Source of the DNA: an uncultured virus (IMG/VR IMGVR_UViG_3300049812_002428)
Lineage: Duplodnaviria > Heunggongvirae > Uroviricota > Caudoviricetes
Virus record (IMG/VR): IMGVR_UViG_3300049812_002428
Direction: 5' to 3' (one strand)
DNA: 64,000 nt
In this document: piece after piece, positions 10,057-17,322 of the stretch
How the letters are laid out: each line of letters opens with the position of its first letter
How positions within the stretch are numbered: position 1 is the stretch's first letter
Program-made: the position numbers and the translations under genes
Notes under the pieces: model-generated
What the model was told of the DNA's origin: nothing
Databases searched by the model: none
The model's input: the letters and a program-made list of their open reading frames with translations, nothing else

Positions 10057-11224
10057 TTGGAACTACCTCACGTAAAATCTGAAGAAGTCGATCTACTTTT
10101 CTATCATCAACAAACTGACTGTTGCCAACGTAGAGTCCATTCTTATGTAGAATCTCTACGTTGGGTTCTTCTTTCTGAGTGCAGAGTTCATACTTTCTGA
10201 ATGCAGGATGCCGAAGAAGATTACCACTAATAATAGGACGGAACTCAATTTCATTAAGCATCAAAGTTCCTTTGATCTTTGCAACATACTTTTCATCATA
10301 AGGAATAATTGGTAGAGAGAAACTACTGTTACCTGTCTGATATTGTGGCGTTCTCAATCCTTTGTGAAACAAAATACCATTATAATATCGACGATAATTG
10401 TGTTTACGAATCTCAATGTTCTTGTCAAGTTTCTTCAATTGAGAAAGACCAAGAACGGCACAGATTTCATGGTTACGGAAGTTATATCCGTCAGTCATGA
10501 ACAGGAATGCGGGATCAATATCAGGGTTTTCTGCTACATATTTGTCACGATTTAGGTCAGATTCCCTTGCCATCCCATGAGATCTCTTCATTCTCATCAG
10601 ATCATAGAGGTCTGGATTGTTAGTACAGACCATTCCACCTTCAATAGTAGTAATGTGATGACCGAAGTAAAAACTAAATGTTGATCCTGCAGAGAGAGTT
10701 CCTCTCTTGTTTAGATCAGGACCCTGAACACCATGGGACTCACAGATGTCCTCAAGAATCAATGCGTTAGGAAAAATATCTTCAATCTTCTCTACATCAG
10801 AAGACAATCCAATCAGATGAGTGACAAAAACTACCTTGATATCAGGATGTTGAGTAGCAACATACTTCAAATCTTCAATATCAAAGGAAAAATTGTTCAG
10901 ATTGATGTCACAAAAGATAGGTTGTAGTCCATTTTGAATGACTGGACCAACATTAGTAACCCAAGTAGTGGCAGGAACTAGAACTTTATCTCCATCTTTG
11001 AGTCCACAGAGTTCTTTGATTGATGCAATCAAGAGAGAGTTAGCAGTGCTACCACTAGAAACATAAAGGGAGTAATCAACACCCAACCACTCTGCCCACT
11101 TCTTTTCAAACTGACGAACCTTCGGTCCATTCGTCAATCTACTACTAGTTAAAATAAATGTTGCCATTTTCAAACGATCTTTGAGTGTGATCGTCTCTTC
11201 CATCAAAGGCCAGGGTTCAATCAT
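10049..11224 (-). CDS. DegT/DnrJ-fold PLP enzyme, ColD-like GDP-4-keto-6-deoxymannose 3-dehydratase
   Basis: SSGSTAN, EDICESHG, TFSFYFGHHITTIEGG (His at the usual Lys position), GYNFR, RPIISGN. Confidence 0.7.
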   Translation of the reverse strand: MIEPWPLMEETITLKDRLKMATFILTSSRLTNGPKVRQFEKKWAEWLGVDYSLYVSSGSTANSLLIASIKELCGLKDGDKVLVPATTWVTNVGPVIQNGLQPIFCDINLNNFSFDIEDLKYVATQHPDIKVVFVTHLIGLSSDVEKIEDIFPNALILEDICESHGVQGPDLNKRGTLSAGSTFSFYFGHHITTIEGGMVCTNNPDLYDLMRMKRSHGMARESDLNRDKYVAENPDIDPAFLFMTDGYNFRNHEICAVLGLSQLKKLDKNIEIRKHNYRRYYNGILFHKGLRTPQYQTGNSSFSLPIIPYDEKYVAKIKGTLMLNEIEFRPIISGNLLRHPAFRKYELCTQKEEPNVEILHKNGLYVGNSQFVDDRKVDRLLQILREVVPNV

Positions 11225-12144
11225 GAGCGTTTTTTCTCCAATTTGTAGTATTCATAGGTGGTTTGCAAACCATTTTCCAAGGAAGTTTTAGGTTTCCAAC
11301 CAAGATTTTCTAGTTTTGAAATATCAAGAAGTTTTTTCATCATGCCATTTGGTTTATCAGTGTCCCATTTTACTTCACCTTCAAACCCAACAGTGTCTTT
11401 AATAATGTCTGCGAGTTCTTTGATGGAATAATCAACACCACTTCCTACATTGATTATATCACCATCATCGTAGTTCTGCATTAGGAACAAACAAGCATCA
11501 GCGAGGTCTTCAACATAGATAAACTCTCTTCTAGCAAGTCCAGTTCCCCAAAAAGTAACGCTATCACCACCATCATGGAACTTAGAGAGCATAGATCCTA
11601 TCACATGACCATTAGCCTGATTGAAATTGTCCTTTGGACCATACACATTACAAGGTTGAGCAGTAATAAAATTACAATCATACTGCTTTCTATACGCCTG
11701 ACACAGTTTAATACCAGCAATTTTAGCGATAGAGTATGCTTCATTAGTGGGTTCAAGTGGTCCTGAGAGAAGATATTCCTCCCGCATCGGTTGAGGGCAA
11801 TGCTTAGGATAGATGCATGATGAACCCAGAAACAAAAGTTTCTTTACCCTATATTTGTGCGAACACTTGATAATATTGTTCTGAATTGCCAGATTATCAA
11901 GCAAAAAGTCAACAGGATGAGCAACATTGTCACCAATTCCACCGCATTTTGCTGCTGCTAAGAAGACAAAATCAGGTTTTTCTTGCTTAAAGAGAGCAGA
12001 AACCTGCTCATGATCACACAAATCCACCTCTTTTCTGGTTTTGAGGATCAAATTTCGATACCCAAGTTCTCTCAATCTCCTTACGATTGCAGATCCAACC
12101 ATGCCAGTGTGACCTGCAACGTAAATTTTATCACTCGTATGCAT
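11221..12144 (-). CDS. fcl: GDP-L-fucose synthase (or ColC-like GDP-colitose synthase)
   Basis: [49 protein letters not shown]. Confidence 0.9.
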   Translation of the reverse strand: MHTSDKIYVAGHTGMVGSAIVRRLRELGYRNLILKTRKEVDLCDHEQVSALFKQEKPDFVFLAAAKCGGIGDNVAHPVDFLLDNLAIQNNIIKCSHKYRVKKLLFLGSSCIYPKHCPQPMREEYLLSGPLEPTNEAYSIAKIAGIKLCQAYRKQYDCNFITAQPCNVYGPKDNFNQANGHVIGSMLSKFHDGGDSVTFWGTGLARREFIYVEDLADACLFLMQNYDDGDIINVGSGVDYSIKELADIIKDTVGFEGEVKWDTDKPNGMMKKLLDISKLENLGWKPKTSLENGLQTTYEYYKLEKKRS

Positions 12145-13201
12145 AACGACTGAATCCTCCTGATGTAAGAAGCTCATCTCTCTTTGCAAACTCAATGTCC
12201 TTATTTACCATCTCTTGAATCATCTCATCAAGAGTAATTTCTGGTTTCCAACCAAGAGTTTCCCTTGCTTTGGTTGAATCGCCAAGCAAAGTCTCAACTT
12301 CAGCGTCTCTAAAGTACCTGGGGCTGACGCTAATCACCACATTTCCGGTGTTTTTATCGATTCCGATCTCGTTTACGCCCTCACCTTGCCACTGAATATC
12401 CATTCCAAGGCACTTACCTGTGCGTTCACAGAACTCTCTGACAGTAATTTGTTCCATAGTAGAGATAACAAAGTCATCAGGTACATCGTGTTGCATCATC
12501 ATCCACATTGCACGAACGTAATCCTTAGCATGACCCCAGTCACGCTTAGCATCCAGGTTGCCCAGTCGCAGAGTCTTCAGAAGACCAAGACTGACCCGTG
12601 CAAGGTCTCTTGTAATCTTTCTGGTGACAAAAGTCTCACCTCTACGGGGTGATTCGTGATTGAAAAGAATACCAGAACACGCAAACATACCGTATGACTC
12701 ACGATAGTTCTTAGTAATCCAGTGAGCATACAGTTTTGCTACTCCATATGGAGACCGTGGATAGAAGGGAGTGGTCTCTTTCTGAGGATTTTCTTGCACC
12801 AATCCAAACATTTCTGAGGTAGATGCCTGATAAAACCTAGTCGTCTTCTCCAAACCGAGGATACGAATTGCCTCAAGGATACGAAGTGTTCCAAGCGCAT
12901 CACTGTTAGCAGTATACTCTGGTGTTTCAAAAGAAACCTTTACATGACTCTGAGCACCTAGATTATAGATCTCATCAGGTCGAATCATCTGAATCAAACG
13001 AATCAAATTGGTAGAATCAGTCAAGTCACCATAGTGCATGTAGAAGTTTTTACTTCCATTAAAGACATGGTTTACTCTATCAGTATTGAATGAGGAACTT
13101 CTTCGCTTAATACCATGCACCTCATATCCTTTTTCCAGGAGAAACTCAGCAAGATAAGAACCATCTTGCCCTGTCAGTCCTGTAATCAGTGCTCTTTTCA
13201 T
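12131..13201 (-). CDS. gmd: GDP-mannose 4,6-dehydratase
   Basis: [57 protein letters not shown]. Confidence 0.97.
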   Translation of the reverse strand: MKRALITGLTGQDGSYLAEFLLEKGYEVHGIKRRSSSFNTDRVNHVFNGSKNFYMHYGDLTDSTNLIRLIQMIRPDEIYNLGAQSHVKVSFETPEYTANSDALGTLRILEAIRILGLEKTTRFYQASTSEMFGLVQENPQKETTPFYPRSPYGVAKLYAHWITKNYRESYGMFACSGILFNHESPRRGETFVTRKITRDLARVSLGLLKTLRLGNLDAKRDWGHAKDYVRAMWMMMQHDVPDDFVISTMEQITVREFCERTGKCLGMDIQWQGEGVNEIGIDKNTGNVVISVSPRYFRDAEVETLLGDSTKARETLGWKPEITLDEMIQEMVNKDIEFAKRDELLTSGGFSRYAYE

Positions 13202-13223
13202 ACGTTCATTCTACTATCTCATT

Positions 13224-13252
13224 ATTATACAAAAAAAGGCAGGTTTATGCAA
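13224..13252 (-). promoter_or_regulatory. Sigma70-type promoter for the gmd/glycosylation operon
   Basis: TTGCAT-N17-TATAAT on the minus strand just upstream of gmd. Confidence 0.7.
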
Positions 13253-13260
13253 CCTACCTT
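13231..13260 (-). terminator. Intrinsic terminator downstream of the wcaG-like RNA
   Basis: AAGGTAGGTT-gcata-AACCTGCCTT followed by a T run. Confidence 0.75.
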
Positions 13261-13272
13261 AGAGGGAAATTT

Positions 13273-13368
13273 CATGCACGCCACTTGCTCTTTTACCTGA
13301 AGCAAGAAACAGGGCGGGAGTGTTACCTCCATCCGCACCACTTGCTCTTAGGTAAAGCAAGAAACCAT
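13273..13368 (-). ncRNA. wcaG RNA motif (cyanophage structured RNA)
   Basis: Two CTTGCT...AGCAAG hairpins each followed by TGGYG, a central hairpin, located upstream of gmd/fcl; recognised from memory of the motif. Confidence 0.75.
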
Positions 13369-13572
13369 TCAGAGTGATTTGAATTTGCCAGGGAATGCTT
13401 CTTTCAGTGCAGCAACTACCTGCTCCAATCTAGCAGCATCTCCACTACCACCGCCGTCACATTTTTCGTGTGCTTTCGCTTCAAGTGCTTTGAGTCTGCC
13501 CTCGACTTCTACGTCATACTTGGACATCGATGCACCAGTCGCAGACTTCGCTGCCTTTCCTTGAGTTGCCAT
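13369..13572 (-). CDS. Small hypothetical protein
   Basis: 67-aa ORF; late-promoter-like CTAAATA at 13598-13604. Confidence 0.75.
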   Translation of the reverse strand: MATQGKAAKSATGASMSKYDVEVEGRLKALEAKAHEKCDGGGSGDAARLEQVVAALKEAFPGKFKSL

Positions 13573-13629
13573 TTGTACAATTAATAACTTCTCTGTTTAT
13601 TTAGTTTTTTAGAAGGGTCTAGTGACTCC

Positions 13630-13702
13630 ACCAGTGCTGTTAAAGTCCATCCGTGACTTTGGGATCATCCCGACCAGGGCTGTTAGAGTCCATCCGTGAC
13701 TT
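13630..13702. repeat. Two 30-bp direct repeats separated by a 13-bp palindromic spacer
   Basis: 13630-13659 accagtgctgttaaagtccatccgtgactt and 13673-13702 accagggctgttagagtccatccgtgactt (28/30 identical). Confidence 0.9.
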
Positions 13703-13909
13703 GATGAGATCAATCCTTGCTCTTAAATTTACTTCAGAATCTCTTTGAAAATTACCGTAGGCAATATTCATAAGAGTTTGAACTGTCTTCCATCCATGAT
13801 ACTTGTTATGCGATCTTACTCTCATATAGTAATCATGGAGCAGAAGTTTAGCATCATGTACCGTCATCCACTCATGTATAAGAGTTAGGTTGATGGCATC
13901 ATTTTCCAT
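13640..13909 (-). CDS. Hypothetical protein
   Basis: 89-aa ORF coupled to the upstream gene (TAATG); C-terminus runs into the repeat. Confidence 0.6.
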   Translation of the reverse strand: MENDAINLTLIHEWMTVHDAKLLLHDYYMRVRSHNKYHGWKTVQTLMNIAYGNFQRDSEVNLRARIDLIKSRMDSNSPGRDDPKVTDGL

Positions 13910-14142
13910 TAAGAGGCAGACACATTGTCTTTTATATAGCAGGGTTTACCTGTCAACCACTTAGGATACTCTGCATCTTCCATTGCTAGAAGGCATTGTG
14001 CCTGGTTGTCGAACAGGTAAACATCAAACCACTTACGATTGTAGTAGTCTTGCTCCTGTAATCTATAATCAGGTTTACCATTGAGTTCAATGATACCCTT
14101 TTCAACAAACCTAAAAGGTCCACGTTCTAGTAAAACTTTCAT
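13909..14142 (-). CDS. Hypothetical cyanophage protein
   Basis: 77-aa ORF, ATGA overlap with the upstream gene. Confidence 0.75.
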   Translation of the reverse strand: MKVLLERGPFRFVEKGIIELNGKPDYRLQEQDYYNRKWFDVYLFDNQAQCLLAMEDAEYPKWLTGKPCYIKDNVSAS

Positions 14143-14351
14143 GCTTCGACTGCTTCAAGATCGACGGCGAGTTGCTCCATCAGTATATCATAATCATCAA
14201 GAGGATCGCCAGAGAAGGAGACTCCGTTGTTCTCATAATAACGACGGACCTTTTTGAGAAGTTTCGGATTCTTCACATCTAGGAAAAACTCACCATTCAC
14301 AGCAGCACGAAGAGTGCTGATATCTTTCTTGAACTTACTAGTCAGTGTCAT
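14139..14351 (-). CDS. Hypothetical cyanophage protein
   Basis: MTLTSKFKKDI...; start moved to 14351, directly downstream of a promoter. Confidence 0.75.
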   Translation of the reverse strand: MTLTSKFKKDISTLRAAVNGEFFLDVKNPKLLKKVRRYYENNGVSFSGDPLDDYDILMEQLAVDLEAVEA

Positions 14352-14373
14352 TGTCTTGCTTGTTGACCTTAGT

Positions 14374-14402
14374 ATTATAAGGGTTTGACGGGAATCCGTC
14401 AA
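14374..14402 (-). promoter_or_regulatory. Sigma70-type promoter
   Basis: TTGACG-N17-TATAAT; the -35 lies in a short inverted repeat. Confidence 0.7.
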
Positions 14403-14475
14403 TAGGGGTTGTGAGGATCGAACTCACCTTAGGCAAATTATGAGTTTGCTGCATTCACCAGATTGCTAAACCCCC
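14403..14475 (-). tRNA. tRNA with CAT anticodon (Met, or Ile2 if lysidine-modified)
   Basis: GGGGGTT/AACCCCT acceptor, GCAAA-CT CAT AA-TTTGC, GTGAG-TTCGATC-CTCAC. Confidence 0.9.
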
Positions 14476-14477
14476 GA

Positions 14478-14549
14478 TAGGACCGCTGGGATTTGAACCC
14501 AGGTCACACCGTTATAAGCAGTGGGCATTAACCATTATGCGACAGTCCC
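14478..14549 (-). tRNA. tRNA-Ile(TAT)
   Basis: GGGACTG/CGGTCCT acceptor, CACTG-CT TAT AA-CGGTG, CTGGG-TTCAAAT-CCCAG. Confidence 0.88.
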
Positions 14550-14723
14550 TCAGGACGCTTCGTTATTGAGGTCTTTATAAATGCGTATGATTTCATCATC
14601 CGCCGGAATCATTACTGCCCTATCTCCATTCTCATTCTCTACGCCTATTGTCTCTCCGTTCTCCACTCTTTCCATCAAAGTTTCCCAGTTTTCTTGCCAG
14701 TATTCCACAGAATAAAATTGCAT
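14550..14723 (-). CDS. Small protein, Phd/YefM-like N-terminal domain possible
   Basis: MQFYSVEYWQENWETLMERVENGETIGVENENGDRAVMIP; start moved to 14723. Confidence 0.65.
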   Translation of the reverse strand: MQFYSVEYWQENWETLMERVENGETIGVENENGDRAVMIPADDEIIRIYKDLNNEAS

Positions 14724-14743
14724 CTTGCCATTATGTATAAGAA

Positions 14744-14817
14744 TCGGGGTAAAAGGATTTGAACCTTCGGCCACTCGCTCCCAAAGCGAGTGCTCTGCCT
14801 GATTGAGCTACAGGGGA
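14744..14817 (-). pseudogene. Chimeric pseudo-tRNA: Pro(TGG) body with a non-matching 5' acceptor strand
   Basis: D, anticodon (CTCGC-TT TGG GA-GCGAG) and T arms intact, but 5' TCCCCTG cannot pair with 3' TACCCCG. Confidence 0.8.
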
Positions 14818-14991
14818 ATGGGTGCAGGTGAACCAACCTGCAATTCGGACCAAAGTCCTGGTATTGTGTAATACCCTCTGCTCGTCAGCAGAGGGGGCAC
14901 CAAGAGGGATCCCACCTCTCTCTCACATGGGTTGGTTTTCCGATTCTTTTTTCTCTCGGAGACGTGAGCCGGGATGCATTCCAGTCCCATT
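14818..14991 (-). ncRNA. manA RNA motif-like large structured RNA
   Basis: Closing stem AATGGG/CCCATT; hairpins CCCTCTGCT-GACG-AGCAGAGGG, TGCAGGT-TGGTTC-ACCTGCA, GGTATT-ACAC-AATACC; next to tRNAs; name from memory of the cyanophage motif. Confidence 0.7.
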
Positions 14992-14997
14992 GTGTTT

Positions 14998-15026
14998 ATT
15001 ATAACCCTACTTGTGCTCTCCGTCAA
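14998..15026 (-). promoter_or_regulatory. Sigma70-type promoter for the manA-like RNA/tRNA transcript
   Basis: TTGACG-N17-TATAAT, predicted start near 14991. Confidence 0.75.
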
Positions 15027-15156
15027 ATGGTTCCCAGTGTTTCCACCCGTATTTGTAAACTGCCCACATTCCTAAGATGGGAACAAACACAAGTAAAAAC
15101 CCCATGACACCAAGGCACCAAGGGGTTTGCATAACATACCGAACAAATAAAATCAT
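15007..15156 (-). CDS. Small membrane protein
   Basis: MILFVRYVMQTPWCLGVMGFLLVFVPILGMWAV..., one hydrophobic helix. Confidence 0.65.
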   Translation of the reverse strand: MILFVRYVMQTPWCLGVMGFLLVFVPILGMWAVYKYGWKHWEPFDGEHK

Positions 15157-15239
15157 TCTGCTAAAACAGATAGGACAAAAAGAAATATTCCAAAGAAACA
15201 AGCTCCAAAAATAATAATCAATGGGATGAATTCTTCCAT
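15153..15239 (-). CDS. 28-aa hydrophobic peptide
   Basis: Manual translation MEEFIPLIIIFGACFFGIFLFVLSVLAE*, ATGA overlap with the next gene. Confidence 0.5.
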   Translation of the reverse strand: MEEFIPLIIIFGACFFGIFLFVLSVLAE

Positions 15240-15418
15240 AGTTCTTCTAAATTATGAGAAGATTGAGGATGATGCCACTGTTCCTTATCTGTTTTATTCA
15301 TTAATTCATATAATTCATTAGTTAATGAAACATTTTCCTGTTCTAAATATGTAACTCTTTCTTTAAGAGAATTTACTTCTTTTATTAAAGTCTGAATATT
15401 ATTATCAAGCAATTGCAT
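15218..15418 (-). CDS. Hypothetical coiled-coil protein
   Basis: 66-aa ORF with GGAG upstream. Confidence 0.55.
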   Translation of the reverse strand: MQLLDNNIQTLIKEVNSLKERVTYLEQENVSLTNELYELMNKTDKEQWHHPQSSHNLEELWKNSSH

Positions 15419-15463
15419 GTGTCATCTCCATCGCTTCTTTTAGTTCATTATATATCTTTAACG

Positions 15464-15646
15464 TCAAGCACGACCGATCAATGACAGGACTCCATGACAA
15501 TAGAAGGTCAGAAGTATTGCTCCAATGATCGCACTTATAATTGCAGCAGTTTTATTGTGTTTGTCTATTGCTTTGTCAATCATTTCCTGGCACTGCTTCT
15601 CAGTGATATAGTGCTCAGGTTTGATTTCATCCATCCTGTGAGACAT
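15464..15646 (-). CDS. Small membrane protein
   Basis: QEMIDKAIDKHN followed by a hydrophobic helix. Confidence 0.7.
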   Translation of the reverse strand: MSHRMDEIKPEHYITEKQCQEMIDKAIDKHNKTAAIISAIIGAILLTFYCHGVLSLIGRA

Positions 15647-15782
15647 TTGGGGGATTGTTCATCGGGTCAGGTAACCCTTTGACTATAGCACAAGCACGTT
15701 TATAAAAGAAGTTGTCGGTTGTTCCTTTTTCCTCAAACGCCTCTTTGATTCTTGCCCAGTTTGCTAGTTCGTCGGGATGCAT
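15627..15782 (-). CDS. Small hypothetical protein
   Basis: Manual translation MHPDELANWARIKEAFEEKGTTDNFFYKRACAIVKGLPDPM... (51 aa). Confidence 0.65.
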   Translation of the reverse strand: MHPDELANWARIKEAFEEKGTTDNFFYKRACAIVKGLPDPMNNPPNVSQDG

Positions 15783-15846
15783 TTACTTGAATGGTAACAG
15801 CACGATACTATTTACCGATTTAATGCTTTCTAAATGTTTACTTTTC

Positions 15847-16095
15847 CTAACGTTCTTCAAATTCAATGCGGCGTATCTTACGTTTACGACGCTCTTCTTG
15901 ATATAAAAGTTCCGTTCTAGAGAAATGACTATCAATTTTTCTCTCTAGATTATTAGAAACCATGACAACTTTATCCATATCAACAGCACCGACTTTGTTG
16001 TCAGCGACTCTCATCTGGTTGGAACATCCACAGAACTGAACTTTACTAGTGCTTGTCAATTCTGTTCCGCACTCTTTGCATCTTACTGTAATCAT
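15847..16095 (-). CDS. Zn-ribbon protein
   Basis: CKEC...CGC motifs. Confidence 0.7.
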   Translation of the reverse strand: MITVRCKECGTELTSTSKVQFCGCSNQMRVADNKVGAVDMDKVVMVSNNLERKIDSHFSRTELLYQEERRKRKIRRIEFEER

Positions 16096-16118
16096 GGGTT
16101 ATTAGTGTTAATAGAACA

Positions 16119-16190
16119 TGGGAAATACTGGGATCGAACCAGTGACATACTGCGTGTAAAGCAGGCACTCTACCTCTGAGTTAATTTCCC
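16119..16190 (-). tRNA. tRNA-Val(TAC)
   Basis: GGGAAAT/ATTTCCC acceptor, TT TAC AC loop, TTCGATC T-loop. Confidence 0.92.
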
Positions 16191-16192
16191 AG

Positions 16193-16263
16193 AGCGGGTG
16201 ACGGGGATCGAACCCGTGACAAGAGCTTGGAAGGCTCGCATGTTACCGCTACACCACACCCGC
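16193..16263 (-). tRNA. tRNA-Gly(TCC)
   Basis: GCGGGTG/CACCCGC acceptor, CT TCC AA loop, U73. Confidence 0.92.
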
Positions 16264-16316
16264 AGATCGGGTCTTACATGGGAGAGGAGGTGGTGGTGGT
16301 CTCTCCCAATGCCCAG

Positions 16317-16390
16317 CGACTCAGGTAGGATTTGAACCTACGACCGACTGCTTAGAAGGCAGTTGCTCTATCCAGCTGAGCTACTGAGTC
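16317..16390 (-). tRNA. tRNA-Arg(TCT)
   Basis: GACTCAG/CTGAGTC acceptor, ACTGC-CT TCT AA-GCAGT. Confidence 0.93.
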
Positions 16391-16401
16391 AAAGAAGGGG
16401 A

Positions 16402-16635
16402 TTATCCCCTTTCAACACCGTCATTCATATAATCAGTGAAGTCATCATATTGCTCTTTACTGATTTCGTCAAGTGAGATAACTTCTAAATCTTCTTGAGG
16501 GTCGAACCACTCATCAAATTCTGCCATGATTGACAGCATATCATAAATTCGATCAACACCTTTTCCATTGTACTCTGCAACTTTGTCAATAGCCCACTGT
16601 CTAACGTCAGCAACAATTTCTTCAGTCTCCATCAT
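16402..16635 (-). CDS. Acidic hypothetical protein
   Basis: MMETEEIVADVRQWAIDK...; start moved to 16635. Confidence 0.65.
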   Translation of the reverse strand: MMETEEIVADVRQWAIDKVAEYNGKGVDRIYDMLSIMAEFDEWFDPQEDLEVISLDEISKEQYDDFTDYMNDGVERG

Positions 16636-17062
16636 AATAGTCTTTTCGGAAGTACCTGCTGAGGATGTTACTATTGTAGTAGGCAGGTCCTCCTGTGTCA
16701 AGGGATTCGGTAAGGACTCCGTGGATGAAGAGTTGTCTGGTTTCTTCAAAGTTTGTTTTGCCAGGTGTTTTATGTAAGCTGAGGATAGTGCGACTAAAGT
16801 TTTGTCTACCCAGTCGTTCAATGTCCTCTTTAAGTTCTGGACAAGACCCATAGTACTTTTTCCAATCAGATTCTTTTTTTACTCGGCGTTTCTTTCCTGG
16901 AGGTTTTCGATGACTCCAAAAATACTTTCGCCCAATGTACTGTCGTTGGTTGGTGAGATTGGTAATGTTATACACAAAACCATAAAAGTCGTGAATATCG
17001 TCACTAGTAAAAGGTCTGTTACAATATAACCAGGGATTTTCATAATCAATATCTATACTCAT
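16622..17062 (-). CDS. GIY-YIG family endonuclease-like protein (T4 endonuclease II-like)
   Basis: GFVY...QYIG, YYGS, YYNSNI motifs; sits downstream of nrdB. Confidence 0.75.
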   Translation of the reverse strand: MSIDIDYENPWLYCNRPFTSDDIHDFYGFVYNITNLTNQRQYIGRKYFWSHRKPPGKKRRVKKESDWKKYYGSCPELKEDIERLGRQNFSRTILSLHKTPGKTNFEETRQLFIHGVLTESLDTGGPAYYNSNILSRYFRKDYYDGD

Positions 17063-17207
17063 CAAGAAGATCTAATACCTTATTCAGATATTTATGTGCC
17101 AGACCCCGTGCTTCATCATCGTACCGATGTTCTTCATAATGAAGATCATTTTTAAGTCTCTCTATTCTTGCTTTGACTTCATCCCTGGTCAGTTGATTCC
17201 TTGGCAT
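17046..17207 (-). CDS. Hypothetical protein
   Basis: MPRNQLTRDEVKARIERLKNDL...AHKYLNKVLD. Confidence 0.65.
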   Translation of the reverse strand: MPRNQLTRDEVKARIERLKNDLHYEEHRYDDEARGLAHKYLNKVLDLLDEYRY

Positions 17208-17322
17208 TTTGTTCATTCTCAAGCATTTTCTTAAGTTTTTGATATCGCAGCACTTGGTCTGGAAGATAAAACTGAGGACCAAGACGCAATAAACGTTGGT
17301 CCTCTTCTGAAAGTTCTTTCAT
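17179..17322 (-). CDS. Small hypothetical protein
   Basis: Manual translation MKELSEEDQRLLRLGPQFYLPDQVLRY... (47 aa), TAATG coupling to nrdB. Confidence 0.55.
   Translation of the reverse strand: MKELSEEDQRLLRLGPQFYLPDQVLRYQKLKKMLENEQNAKESTDQG

Noticed and set aside
13630..13702. Mini-CRISPR array
   Set aside because: Only two repeats, a 13-nt palindromic spacer and no cas genes; kept as an unnamed repeat
14808..15026. 72-aa and 60-aa ORFs over the manA-like region
   Set aside because: Better explained by a structured RNA with its own promoter
16636..16851. N-terminal extension of ORF 16402-16851
   Set aside because: Overlaps the GIY-YIG gene; ATG at 16635 gives normal coupling
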